48,304 nucleotides of DNA from Octopus bimaculoides (Eukaryota): assembly GCF_001194135.2 (NCBI RefSeq), contig NC_068983.1:34052752-34101055 (forward strand), written 5' to 3'. This document shows positions 35,746 through 48,304 of the stretch, one piece after another; the stretch's first letter is position 1, and the number at the start of each line of letters is the position of its first letter. Made by a program: the position numbers and the translations under genes. The notes below the pieces were generated by a model that made no database searches, was not told the DNA's origin, and saw only the letters and a list, made by a program, of their open reading frames with translations.

Positions 35746-36035
35746 CAGTGGTTCGCAACCAATTCGTTACTAGGGAGACCCTCTGATTTCTATTTTACTC
35801 AACAGACCCCTCCACCAAACCACACCACACCCATGTATTGTTCAAAAGATATTATCGTTTTGTTTTTATAATTAAATATTATTACGAAATGTATTAAAAC
35901 TATGAAAATGTATTTGTGCCTTGTAGAAGTATAACGAATTCATTACACATAAATCTTACCAACAAAATCTTATACGGACCCCTAAGCGTCATATGTACCT
36001 ATAAGTGTTATATGAACCCCGGTTGTGAACCACTG
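35746..36035. mobile_element. hAT-type MITE (290 bp)
   Basis: TIRs cagtggttcgcaacc (35746-35760) and ggttgtgaaccactg (36021-36035), 14/15 match. The 8-bp flanks (atgtatat / acacagaa) do not form a TSD. Confidence 0.7.
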
Positions 36036-36440
36036 ACACAGAACCTCTCTCATTAGCGCCCATGTTATTATCGTTATAAAGTATACCAAAGTGTTACAAT
36101 AAGATACATAGTATACGATATGACTTGAAACACTTCAATTTATTAAGGTTTTTCCAGCAATAGAAAAATACCTCAATTTAGAGATATGCTGTTTAAGTTC
36201 TAAAAACAACTACAAGAAAGATAAAGATAATTCTTATACGATCTATTGATTCCATTCCTCTTTCAAGTCATCGGACAGTGGTCATACTGGAGCACCGCAT
36301 TGTGGAGTTTGGTCCATCAATTCGACCGCAGTACTGATGTTTAATGTTTAGAACGTATTCAATCATCCTATTTTTACCGAGACACTAAGTTACAGGAATG
36401 TAAACGCACTAGTTTTGATGTAATTTCTCCTGTTTGAAAT

Positions 36441-36651
36441 AAGGCGGCGAGCTGGCAGAAGCGTTAGCACGCCGGACGAAATGTTTAGCGGTATTTCGTT
36501 ACATTCAGAGTTCAAATTCTGCCGAGGTCGACCTTGCCATTCATCCTTTTGGAGTCAATAAATTAAGTACCAGTTGCTTACTGAGGTAGATCTAATCGAC
36601 TGGCCCCCTCCCCACAAAATTTCGGCCCTTGTGCCTAGAGTAGAAAAGAAT
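36441..36651 (+). mobile_element. SINE family A, full length
   Basis: aaggcggcgagctggcagaagcgttagcacgccggacgaaatg head, gagttcaaattc B box, central and tail motifs; preceded by a minus-strand family B tail (36250-36410). Confidence 0.9.
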
Positions 36652-37280
36652 TTCTGCTGTTTAATAACAGATCAATCCTGTTTGTGTAGACGTGTTATTA
36701 AAATGGTGGCAATCGTCATTTTAAAATCATTAAAAAAATTTCCAATTTCAGTACTGCAAGAACCATGTTTATCTATTACGGTTTCATTTTCTAACATAAT
36801 ACTTTGAATCTGATGGGAAAGTAGTTACACTTCCTAGCTTGTCGAACAATCATGTAAAGTCTCGCTCGCTCACCCGTGTCTGTTGCTATTTGCAGTTGCT
36901 CCTCCTCCTTTTGCTCTAACGCTCTCTATTTTATTCCATTTTGAACTGCAAAGATTGGTTTATCATGACTCTGACAGGTTATAGTGCTTTGTCTGTCAGA
37001 AGAGGAGAGGGGGAGAAAGAAGAGGAGGGGAGAAGCATTATCAATGATAATTGCTAGATTATCAACTAGATTGTTCACATACACGTGTCTGCTACAGAAC
37101 CTGAACGTCTGCATGTTAATGTTATTAGCAAGCAACTTGTGCAGGGAGGAACGAAGCATATATTGAAAATATTCCATATTTATTTCATATAGTGTACTTC
37201 AAGTCCATTCTTCCCGCTTTTGTCATTTACAGTGGTAACCATAAAAACATAGCCATATGTGTTGAGTCGTCTGGACACTC

Positions 37281-37605
37281 CGTGATTAAATGTAGCGCTT
37301 GGCTCATAATCGAAAGATAGTGAGTTCGATTCCCGGACCGGGAATTATGTGTTGTGCTCTTGAGCAAGACACTTTATTCCGCGTTGCTCCAGTTCATTCG
37401 GCTGTAGAGATGAGTTGCGACGTCACTGCTGTCAAGCTATATCGGTTTTTTCCTTTCTCTTGGATAACATCGATGGCGTGGAGAGGGCAGTCTAGTATGC
37501 ATGAGTGACTGCCGGTGTTCCATAAACAACCTTTCCCAGACTAGTACCTCGGAAGGGTTTTTTCTAGATGCAATCCCATGGGCTTCATGACCGAAAGAAG
37601 ACCTA
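37281..37605 (+). mobile_element. SINE with family C head type 1 but a different tail (tail Y)
   Basis: gagttcgattcccggacc B box and cttgagcaagacactttattcc central part match 31341; the 3' half does not match tail X. Confidence 0.7.
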
Positions 37606-37714
37606 TACAAGTATGTATGTATGTACGTACGTACGTAGTTACGTATGTATGTATATATGTATGTATGTATGTATGTACGTACGTGTGCGTGTGTGTGTGT
37701 GTGTGTATGTCATA

Positions 37715-37960
37715 ATACAGTTTTATTTTAAAATTTCTTACCAATAGAGAAAGAGCCGTTTTCTATCCTTGATCCAAGGCTCTTTCATTGGAATTTCCAT
37801 ATCAAGAGGATATTTTTGTATGTATGCATACGTGCAGATTTGTATGTTTTGTTTTATGTATGTATTTTCATGGACATCTAGAAGTATATCTAGATATGCT
37901 CATATATACTTAAATGATAAACTTCAGGGCAAGTTTTACAGTTTTTTACAGTTCCAGTGA
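37715..37960 (+). repeat. Unclassified dispersed repeat (also 45808-46080, partial at 46172-46230)
   Basis: Shared cagttttattt..atttcttgccaatagagaaagagcc..gatccaaggctc..ggaattt and aaacttc..ttttacagttcc. Confidence 0.7.
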
Positions 37961-38710
37961 TAGATGTATGTAGTTTTTCTTTTTATCTAGTAGCATTATT
38001 TCTAAAATGGGAAGTCGGGTTTCTAACCAAGAAGTAAAAATTCTATCAATGGAGCTTAGATATCAACCAGGATGATTGTCACACATCGAGCTTTAAAAAC
38101 CAGTCTTGCCTATTTCTTCCGTTCAACTAAAAGATTGCATTTGTAAAGTTCATGTTGGTCGGTCTACTTCTCTACTAGAAAGTCCTAGCTTCTTCAGTTT
38201 GCAGCATAGGCGTTAACTAACGTTGCTGAGTGCACCAATAGATATAGGCGCGAATGTTTAATTTCAGTCAAGGTACATGAGTTGCAGGTTTCGAAACCGT
38301 TGTCCATAAATATTCCATTTCCCACTGATTTTGGAAGAGCTGTGCACATATCCAAGTTAATTAACCTCTATAATTTTACATAATTTTTCTTTTCTGTCTC
38401 AAATAACTATGTCAGGTTTGTTATGTTTGTACTTCTGGTGGTAACATTCTACCAATATTCTTTATGTTCATATGTATATGTATTGTTTCTATTTATCAAA
38501 AGGCAGGCTTTTTGGTGCGTCATTTTGTACATTGTTTTAGAAACAACTTCTGTTGCAGCAGACGATAGTAACTCGATGATATTTCTGAACAGCTGCCGAT
38601 TACATGTGTTATGTAACCCACTAGTCGACACTTCTCGCTGAATCTTGCGAATATAAGGTTTTTTTTTTACCCGTTTGTCCATGAGATATATTCTTATTAT
38701 CTCCTACTCC

Positions 38711-39009
38711 TAAGGTATTTGCTCAAGATCGTAAAATCATCAGTTCGACTTCCAACAAACCGTTGTCTTCGAGCATGACACATTGTTTCTCGTTGCTTCA
38801 GTCCACTCAGCTGGTAAACATAGTTGCACTTGTAATTCAAAGGGCCAGACATGTCATATTGTGTGTGACGCTGAATCTATCTCAGAATTACTTTAAGGTT
38901 ACACGCGTCTATGGAGTGCTCAGCCACTTGCACTTGTACGTTAATTTCACGAGCAGGAATTCTGTTGCTCTGATCAACTGAAACCGTCGTCGTCTTACCC
39001 GACGGAGTG
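38711..39009 (+). mobile_element. SINE family C (head type 1 + tail X)
   Basis: Colinear with 31341-31658. Confidence 0.8.
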
Positions 39010-39143
39010 ATACTTTACTTATCTGAGGATTGCAAAGCATAGCTTTTGGGATGTTGTGTGAAGTAGTGGTCACGAGAGTAAGAGATGCTACATTTCATGT
39101 TGACATTTCCACTTTTTGTAGTTTACAGAAACATAATCATGCC

Positions 39144-39530
39144 TTTATTTTTTTACATGCTTCAGTCATTTGACTACGGCCATGCTGGAGCACCGCCTTT
39201 AGTCGAGCAAATCGACCCCAGGACTTATTCATTGTAAGCCTAGTACTTATTCTATCGGTAACTTTTGCCGAACCGCTCAGTTACGGGGACGTAAACACAC
39301 CAGCATGGTTTTCAAGCGATGCTGGAGAGACAAACACAGACTCACAAACGCGCACACACATACACGCACACATACACACACATATACGAGGGCTTCTTTC
39401 AGTTTCCGCCTACCAAATCCTCTCATAAGTCTTTGGTCGGCCCGAGGCTATAGAAGACGACACTTGTCCAAGGAGCCACGCATGTGGCTGGTAAGCAACC
39501 TACTTACCACACAGCCACTCCTGCGCCTAT
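39144..39530 (-). mobile_element. SINE family B, best-preserved full copy
   Basis: Head (minus) ataggcgcaggagtggctgtgtggtaagtagg, ccttggacaagtgtcgtcttc CORE-like segment, CA tract, tail aggcggtgctccagcatggccgtagtcaaatgactgaa. Confidence 0.9.
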
Positions 39531-39769
39531 GGATAACATTTTGTAAGATATAGAATGCTCCTTTCCCAGATATTTGCACTCTGCACTTCTGGGTGCGTAA
39601 TTGACGTCATCAGGAAATAATTGTACTTTGAGTAGTTCACTGACGACCTGCAGGATAATTTTTTTCATTTCATATATTCAGTAATTGGCAGATGTATTTA
39701 TGTGTACTGCTACTCTTTAGCAAGTGTTGTGTGAGCGATATTATACGACAGACAGACAGACAGACAACC

Positions 39770-39816
<47 letters not shown>

Positions 39817-40838
39817 GAAGGGGAGAGAGAGGAAGAGCGTAAAAAGAGGGAGAGAGAGGGAAACGGAAGAGAGAGAGAGAGAGAGGGGGAAGAGGAGAGA
39901 GAGGGGGAAGAGGAGAGAGAGAAAAAGAAATGTGAGAGAATTAGAAATGAGAGAGAAAAAGAAATGAGAGAGAAAGAGAGATCATTGCAGTAACGGTTTT
40001 GGAAACATTTTCTCTGCTTTTAATTATCCAATATGAACAGATCTTTTGGTTAAATTCCAAGCCATCATCAACAGAAAATATTGTTAGTAACTCCTGTCGT
40101 TTCACAGCGCTGTAAATATTTCGTGTATGAATTTTTAGATGGTTCGAAAATAAATTAATAATTACATTGCTCTTTCTTGTTGTTGTACACGCTAGCACGC
40201 ATTTTAATGGATCTCTCACATAGAAATGATAGTGGATTTAGTGCCGAGCTAAAATAAACAGAAGTACAGGGTCTATCTCTTTGTAATATTCCTTTTGAAA
40301 TATTTATAATACCAGAGACAACCGTGCTGCTTTGAGATACGAATCAAGAGGAATGTAGACCAGGTCTTTGTAAAACATTCAATACCAGCAACTAAGGCAG
40401 CAGGTACTATTGCCAGTTGTATTGACTACGGCAACCGTGACTAGTTATACAAAGGAACGCTTTTCTTTAATGAGGCCATATTGTCACAAAATATCTATGG
40501 TGTTTTCGTATTTCAAACAGCAGTCATATAAAATTGGCATTATATACATACATGTATATATGCATCCACGTATGTACGTATGTACGTACGTACATACGAA
40601 TGTATGTATGCATGCATGCATGTATGTATATATGCATGTATGTATGTATGTATGTGTGCCTCAATGTATGAATGCAGATATGTCTATTTAGATATATATG
40701 CCCATATGCATATAGCTGTTTATATAACTGTATTCATATGTGTGTGTGTGTGCGTATGTGTATGTGTGTATGTGTGTATGCATTACTATATCTATTTGTC
40801 TGTTTATCTATCTATCTATCCATCCATCTATCTATCTA

Positions 40839-40917
<79 letters not shown>

Positions 40918-40940
40918 ACATACATACATACAAAGATACA

Positions 40941-40964
<24 letters not shown>

Positions 40965-40971
<7 letters not shown>

Positions 40972-41530
40972 TCCGCTTGTAGTCATCCACAATCCTAGAA
41001 GTCACAATATCCTGCACTCAGCGAAATGAGTCCTCCCAATTCAAGATCAATCAGCAAATCTCCAAATAATTAAAGAATCGCAAATTATCAACAGTCGAAG
41101 ACAACCACCTGACCTGGAGAGATTCCTAACAAAGGCGTGGTTCACACTTGAAAAAAAAAATGGTGCAAGTAACCAGCTGGGAAGACTCCCGTTGTGGGAC
41201 GTGTGAATTAATTGAGGAAGGGACAAACAAAAGAATCAAGAATGGGAAGGAAATGAAAGTGAATGCAAACCTCATCAACTGCGTCACATGTCTACAATAC
41301 AATGAAAGCTACATTGGGGAGACAAGAAGGAAACTGACCAGCCGTGAAAATGTGCATAAGCAACAAATTAGGCTTCATATCTTAAGAATGTCCCATGTTG
41401 TGAATATCTAGATACCTGTGCAAATAAAAAAATTTAAATGTTTCTATTTTACAAAATAAATGATGAAAATGTACAATTACGAAATACCTTATAAGAATTC
41501 TAAATCCGAAACTAAACCGAAAATAGCCAA
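40965..41530 (+). mobile_element. Penelope-like element 3' fragment (Cys linker + GIY-YIG endonuclease)
   Basis: PLVVIHNP, SRRQPPDL, SRCGTCELI, CVTC..YNESYIGETRRKLTSRENVHKQQI, LIRILNPKLNR across stops and frameshifts. Confidence 0.8.
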
Positions 41531-42203
41531 CACTCCATATAATAAATAATGGTAAAAGAATAGTTATGACTAAAACTATATAAGTCTGAAAATAAACCGT
41601 AAATAATACTATCACTGNNNNNNNNNNNNNNNNNNNNNNNNNNNNNNNNNNNNNNNNNNNNNNNNNNNNNNNNNNNNNNNNNNNNNNNNNNNNNNNNNNN
41701 NNNNNNNNNNNNNNNNNNNNNNNNNNNNNNNNNNNNNNNNNNNNNNNNNNNNNNNNNNNNNNNNNNNNNNNNNNNNNNNNNNNNNNNNNNNNNNNNNNNN
41801 NNNNNNNNNNNNNNNNNNNNNNNNNNNNNNNNNNNNNNNNNNNNNNNNNNNNNNNNNNNNNNNNNNNNNNNNNNNNNNNNNNNNNNNNNATAAACAAATA
41901 GTAAATGAGTATATGCATATATACGTACAGGTATGTGCATACCGACATCCACCTGTATGTATAAGTGCATATCTGGGTACAGGACATTGCAAACAAAACG
42001 TAGACGAGAAAACACACAAGCCACATAGAGAACATTCTACACACGCATACACACATTACAGTTTTGGTAGAACAAACAAGAGGAATAGGACAATTCATGA
42101 ACACACATATGCATACATATACATAATTACATGCATACATGCATATATGCATACATACATACATACATTCGTACATTCGTACATACATACAAACATACAT
42201 ACA

Positions 42204-42235
<32 letters not shown>

Positions 42236-42599
42236 CACATAATGCACGGTACTCCTTGAAACAAAAGTCCTGAAATAAATTTAAGTCTTCGAAGTCCGTA
42301 GCTTTGATAATGAAGTATGTAAGAATGTAAATTCGTTTCTCTGGTTTGGATCAGCGAAGAAAATAGTTGGGAGTCTTCCAGAGGGCGGTGTCAAGATTTA
42401 TGAAACCTTCTCCAACTTTCTCTCCTAATCGGTATCATAAAGTGCCTCAGCTAAGTCAAGAAGTCAGAAATTATGCTATTGGCGTGGTGGATATCTTACC
42501 TTGCATATTTGTGTTTTAAACAGATAGTAATTAATTATCTCCTCCTCTGGTGAAAGTGCACCGTTCGCTTAACTACCTCTGTATCCAAAATATGTCATC

Positions 42600-42870
42600 C
42601 CTGCCTTTTTTCTTTAGGTGCAGAGGGTTTCCACCCCTAATTGCTGCTGAAATACACAAAGCTTAAATGAGACCCATGATGGAATATTACCCCAGAACTG
42701 ATACGGTACTGCTGTTATGCCCACTGATATCCTAGACCCCGTCCATAGAAGGGTTGCTTAATTGTTTGGCTCTCTAATATTACCGAACGCACTACAGCCT
42801 CCAGTCAAAAGGCTTGCTTTCTCCATTCTCTGTATTTTCTATCGCTTCTCAAATGATCTTTGCTTGTCCA
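42600..42870 (+). mobile_element. Degenerate L2/CR1-group LINE RT C-terminal remnant
   Basis: RPMMEYY and SILCIFYRF resemble the RPxMEYC...SLxxFYR motifs; heavily mutated. Confidence 0.5.
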
Positions 42871-44104
42871 TATAATATAGTTATGCGGTACATTTCTAAA
42901 TAGCTTTCGGTGATTGTAAGAAATAAATAATAAAATAAGTCACTTCTTTTGGTGATTTCCAGTTATTCTTGTGGAAACAATCATAATATATTAAGCTTCA
43001 TTTTTTTTTTTTTTTTCGTTAGACAGTCTCGGAATATGAAATGTTTCAATGTTTCTGCAGTGATGCAACTGATGAGAGAAACAACGTTGTTGGTTCTCTT
43101 TCAAAACAACAACCAATAATATTGTTACCTGGGAAGTATAAGAATAAAACTTACGTCATCTGTAAGACCATTCTTAAAGTGTTGCAACATTTAAGAAGCA
43201 GACGAAACCAAATATGGAAAACAAGCATCAACACAGCAGTGACAAAATGCTTATTCTGTGTATTCAAAATAAATTGCATGTTTCATTCTTTCATGACGAC
43301 TTCATATGTTTTCATCCTTCAGTGGAAGCTGTTTCTTATATTAAGACGTAATGAAATATGAACAATGATAGCAAAATGTAAAATACAAATTAGAATGAAG
43401 GAATAAACAAAAAAGGAAGTTTTACTTTCAGATTATACTGCAAGTAAATAGATTTGAGGAAAGAATCGATACCTTTTAGATGGAAAAAAATATCAGATAT
43501 TTCAGATGTTCGACTTAGTTTCGCATTCATGAAGGGTCCATTTCATTTCCTTCACTTATAATTTCAGCAGTGAACAATTCTTGTTCTTCATCTCTTTTTG
43601 TGAGAATTATCCTCACCGGATTAGCAGCCGATTCCAACATCTCTCAAACCTCTCTTGGTTTTTGAGATACAACTGTTTCCGACATGTATTCCTATCAGTA
43701 GACTACAAAATCTCTATGAAATTTTCCTCTTCTCCATCACTTTCACATATAACTCATTATGTTTCTTCTCTCACCGTCCGTGATTCCTTCATCTCTGTAG
43801 CTGTTGTATCTACTTCGAAATTAAATCTTAATATGCACCAATTTTTGTTGCTCAAGGTACTTCCAACGTGACAAAAATTCGAACATCCACTAGGCTCATA
43901 TTTATCAACCTCACCACTACCTTTCTCTTGCACCCTCATCTACCGCATTTCTTTCCCATTCATCTACTACCTCGTTACGTGACCGCTCTACTATACCATT
44001 CTCGAAAACTTTCATCTACTACAGTCTAACTTGGCCACGTTTTCCACATTTTCTGAAGCTCCACTTTTCCCTTTGAATCTATAATATCTTTTTTTTTCTC
44101 TTGC

Positions 44105-44560
44105 CTTTAACCCTCCAACGCTGAGTACAGGCCACTTATAATTGAATTCCATGTCGTATAATTTTTCGCTTCTGTACTCATACTCTGCCATGAATGTCCC
44201 CCTTTCTCTAGTTTCTTTTTGTGTTGATCTACGCCATTAGTTATTAGGCCTACCTTTCTTTCTATATCCATCTGGATTCCACTGTAAAGCACTTTTCGCT
44301 ATATTTGGTGTGTCTTTTCTAATTGTGCTACCAATCCACTTCCACTTTTTCTTAAATATTTGCTCCCTAATCGAAACTTGATTTGTTCATTGACGTAGCT
44401 CCATATTGCTTATGTTTTCGGGCCATTTAATTTTAAGTATACTATGCAAGCATCTGTTGGTGAATGATTGTATTTGCTTATTTAACTTAACTGTTGTTCG
44501 CCATATCTCATCCCCATACAATAACACCGCTTACATGACTTTCATCGAAAATTGTTTAAC
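44105..44560 (-). mobile_element. RTE-clade LINE RT C-terminal fragment
   Basis: Minus translation KWKWIGSTIRKD..NIAKSALQWNPDGYRKKGRP..WRRS...EGGHSWQ...TW.SII.GL, typical of an RTE C-terminus. Confidence 0.8.
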
Positions 44561-45614
44561 CGTATTCACACCTAACGTGGATTCCTTTTCTGTTGCTGCA
44601 ACCTATGCAACACGTTCTTTAATTTCCTGTACTTCACTTCTATATCTCCAGGTTCATTGCCCAAGTTCTCGAACACTTCAATATTAATATTGTAAATTTC
44701 ATCCACTGCATTTTTATGCCTTACATATATGGGAAGACGGTTGATGCCTAAGTAATAATTTTCATGAACTTCCACTGAATATCTTCAAATACGTTAGTAT
44801 TGTGTTGAAACACTGAATCGCCATTTCAGTTCTGTTAGCCTCCTAGTCACTGTCAATATCATTCGAAAATTCCTAGTAACTCGAGTCCTTGCGGCATGAA
44901 CACACGCCTCCAATTACTTAGATTGCATTATCTATGCAAACACCAACGTTCGGTGACATTCTTAAAATCAAACACGTCTCTTTCTCGATTCGTTCTATGT
45001 TTGAGGACCTGCCGCTGTTTAACTCACATTATGTACCTGGACCGAGCACTTGGCCATTCTCTCATACTTTCCTCACTCCCTCATTTTTTACCCTCACTAC
45101 GTACGTCTTTGATTCTCTGCGATTGCTCATTGTTCACTTCTTTGGCTGCTATTTCTAGGACGTAGAATAAATACGCACGATTTGGTTTGATTGCCTTTGT
45201 TTGCTTATAAGTCGGTTTATGTTTAGAATATTACTGTTGCTGCATTTGAATGTTTTTAATTACCATTGCGTTACCTTAATTGTAGGAAGGATAATTCTAT
45301 AAAAATACGTAATCGTATGCATAATTATATATGAATACATAATTGGTCTCGCTCTAAATAATTTTGCCAAAACTGGATTACGATGTCGATATCGTTGGCT
45401 GCTAATTAGCATCAGAACAATTAAAACAACATATGGCTGACTCAATAAAAAGCTTAGAGACAATCGGTTTGCTAGAAATAACAGCCAAAACTTCTTCATG
45501 TCTAAATATTAGTTTCTTAAAAATGAAAATAAAAGACTCGTTGGACAATCTAGCCCTAGTCCAAAGCTACATTAAAATGTCAACGTTGTGGGCACGTCTG
45601 GAACAATTTGTAAA

Positions 45615-45775
45615 TACCTTACAGGCATGACTGTACGAGTAACATGTTTTCTTTGCAACCACATGGTTTAGTGTTCAGTTCCACTGGGCAGTGTGCTGGG
45701 TAGGTGCCTTCAACTCTAGCTCTAGGACGACCAATCGCTTGTGAGCTAATTTAGTAGATGGAAGCCTGCCTCTGC
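45615..45775 (+). mobile_element. SINE family B head, degenerate
   Basis: gcaaccacatggtttagtgttcagttccactg...gaccaatcgcttgtgag. Confidence 0.6.
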
Positions 45776-46932
45776 GCGTGCGTGTGTGTGTGTGTCTGTG
45801 TGTGTTATTGTTCCGTTTTATTTCAAGATTTCTTGCCAATAGTGAAGGAGCCATTTTCTTACCAAGATCCAAGGCTCCTTCGTTAGAATTTCAACATCAA
45901 CAGGGCATTTGTGTATGTTTGTGTATATGTGTGCAGTATTTGGAGTCGGGCAATGTTCAGATTTGTCTGTTTCGTTATATGTGTGTATTCTCATGCAAAT
46001 AACTAGACATGCACGTATATTCTTGAATATTAAACTTCTGGAAAACTTTGCAAATTTTTACAGTTCCATTTTTGGCTGTAGGTGTAACACGTATGTATAA
46101 TTTATGTATGCATGATTTATGTATGTGTGATTTATGTATGTATGTATGTATGTGTGTATGTATGTATGTCGTTATTCAGTTTTATTTCTATGTTTCTTGC
46201 CAATAGAGAAAGAACAGGTTTCTGACATGCTAGAAACATGCTACAAAGAACATGCTAGTAACAACAGCTAGATCTTCATCAAATTATATGATACGACATT
46301 TTCGGGAAAAATAACAACATTAGGATGATTTATACCAATATACATTGTGACTATCGCGTTGCCTGTTAAATACAGATGCCAACTCCTGAAATAACTAGAT
46401 ACCATATGTTAATTAACTGATATCATGTTCATTTACATATCATGTGCACCCCATGACAGTTTGTATATNNNNNNNNNNNNNNNNNNNNNNNNNNNNNNNN
46501 NNNNNNNNNNNNNNNNNNNNNNNNNNNNNNNNNNNNNNNNNNNNNNNNNNNNNNNNNNNNNNNNNNNNNNNNNNNNNNNNNNNNNNNNNNNNNNNNNNNN
46601 NNNNNNNNNNNNNNNNNNNNNNNNNNNNNNNNNNNNNNNNNNNNNNNNNNNNNNNNNNNNNNNNNNNNNNNNNNNNNNNNNNNNNNNNNNNNNNNNNNNN
46701 NNNNNNNNNNNNNNNNNNNNNNNNNNNNNNNNNNNNNNNNNNNNNNNNNNNNNNNNNNNNNNNNNNNNNNNNNNNNNNNNNNNNNNNNNNNNNNNNNNNN
46801 NNNNNNNNNNNNNNNNNNNNNNNNNNNNNNCCTGCCAGTTTAGAAAAAATAATATACATATGCGATAAATGAGCAGTGGTGCACTGTGTCAGCTACGAGT
46901 AAATACATCTTAGTAATGTGTAACCAGGGTTT

Positions 46933-47132
46933 AAGGCGGTGAGCTGGAAGTTAGCACGCCCGAGAAAATGGTTAGCGGCATTTCGTCCCATTTTAAGTTC
47001 TTAGTTCAAATTCTGTCGAGGGTGACTTTTCATTTCATCAATTCGATGCTGTTAAAATAAGTACCGGTTGATGTAAGTGACTATCCCCCCTCCCACGAAA
47101 CTGTTGGCCTTGTGCCAAACTTTGAAACCAAT
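46933..47132 (+). mobile_element. SINE family A
   Basis: aaggcggtgagctggaagttagcacgccc head, agttcaaattc, aaaataagtaccggttg. Confidence 0.8.
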
Positions 47133-47309
47133 AAGTAACTAGGCGATCACAAATTGATATCGTTGTATGTGTAATTGCAAGGAGACACATAATCTCTGGG
47201 CTCATCACTCTAAATTCAGCAGAAGTGTAATGTAACCGTTGGTGAAATACACGGCTGCACCGGTACTTGGATGATACTCATTTTCTTTCAGCTGAACCGA
47301 CTGGAACAA

Positions 47310-47590
47310 TGCGTCCCCTACCCAATTCAGGATCACAACACATAAATATACTGCAACACAATTTCTTTTTCTCAACTACTCCAAAACAGATCAAAGTGGA
47401 AAAGGGTCCACCACCTTTAAACGGAATCTGGACAAATTTCTAAGTAGAATACCAGACGAGCCACCTATACCTGTTCTCACACAACAAGAGCACCCTGCAT
47501 AAGGGACTATGATATCAAAAAACTTGACTTGAAAAGATTTAGATAATGCTATCAAGTGGGACTATTAAGTTAGACATGGCCTGGACCAAT
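47310..47590 (+). mobile_element. CR1-type LINE 3' end fragment
   Basis: gtcccctacccaattcaggatcacaacacataaat...attaagttagacatggcctggacc, colinear with 15972-16275 with small deletions. Confidence 0.9.
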
Positions 47591-47974
47591 CTTTGTTAAA
47601 GGACGCAATGCGCTACGCGGTCTGAGAAGTAAAACCCAAACCTTGACATGCGAAGCAAACACTCTCTAAACACTAGCCCATTCTCTTTCAGTGGATAATA
47701 TCGTCTTTGTCTTCCACTACTGTCCTCGGTATACTAAGAATGTGCGACTACTCATACAAACAGACTTGATCACCACAGACAGACTTTTGATCCTAAGTGG
47801 CTGACCTGTGCATAAATAACAATGACAATAACAATAGCATCATTCTCTTTTATATAACAGTGTCTCCCTTTCATTATTTTACCTGTTATTTCGACTTATT
47901 ATTTGTTTTACTCTTTTTTTTTTGTCTTGCAGGTATTCCCTCACACTGTTCCTTATCTCACAAATGCCACACAC

Positions 47975-48304
47975 CCCTCTCTCTCTTTCTCTCTGTCTCT
48001 CTGTCTCTCTGTCTCTCTCTCTCTCTCTCTATCTCTGTCTCTCTCTCTCTCACTCTCTTTCTATCACTAACTTTCTGTCTGTTCTATTCTCTCCTTTTGC
48101 ATTCGTGATTCTTATTCATTCACTATTCTCACTCACTCACTCACTCTCACCTACGCTTCTATCGTTTTCCAGTAGTAGTTATCATTCGCCTTGTCTCTTT
48201 CTTTTTTCTTTCTGTCTTTCTATCTTTCTTTCTTACCTTCTTTCTTTCTTTCTTTCGCTCTGTCTCCCTTTCAACATCGCACCCCTTACACACACACACA
48301 CACA
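47975..48304. repeat. CT/CTTT/CACT/CA pyrimidine-rich microsatellite cluster
   Basis: Direct tandem repeats. Confidence 0.85.

Noticed and set aside
43066-43100. CUGAUGA-GA-GAAAC followed by the palindrome aacaacgttgtt
   Set aside because: Only 2 nt lie between the core halves (no stem II), and there is no stem I complement.
47905-47935. Strong polypyrimidine acceptor ttttttttgtcttgcAG|G
   Set aside because: It is followed only by CT/CA simple repeats with no coding signal; it cannot be supported without RNA data.

Overview
AT-rich, repeat-saturated eukaryotic draft scaffold with about 14 large N-gaps and many di-, tri- and tetranucleotide microsatellites. The SINE and microsatellite content suggests a cephalopod (Octopus-like) genome; this is an inference. 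No intact host gene could be identified, so the window looks intronic or intergenic, and almost all long ORFs in the track are microsatellite or N-run artefacts. The real content is transposable elements. (1) A 3'-truncated Tx1/L1-like LINE at 6220-9270 (ORF1 with CCHC knuckle, ORF2 endonuclease) starts immediately after a SINE tRNA head. (2) A long-TIR element lies at 9588-10415. (3) One CR1-type LINE is split into three pieces (10658-16285) by nested insertions: a Penelope hairpin, a tRNA-(AAT)n SINE that itself hosts an R4/Dong-like RLE LINE, and a non-autonomous Helitron whose removal exactly restores the RT reading frame. (4) There are further Penelope, RTE, L2-like and RLE fragments, a hAT-type MITE and at least four tRNA-derived SINE families. 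The most notable signals are hammerhead-ribozyme motifs. An intact-core type I hammerhead with an unusually long stem II lies in a ~230-bp inverted-repeat element (22184-22906), facing an antisense copy with a C3U change. A tRNA-headed SINE carries a hammerhead-like tail (4720-4976).
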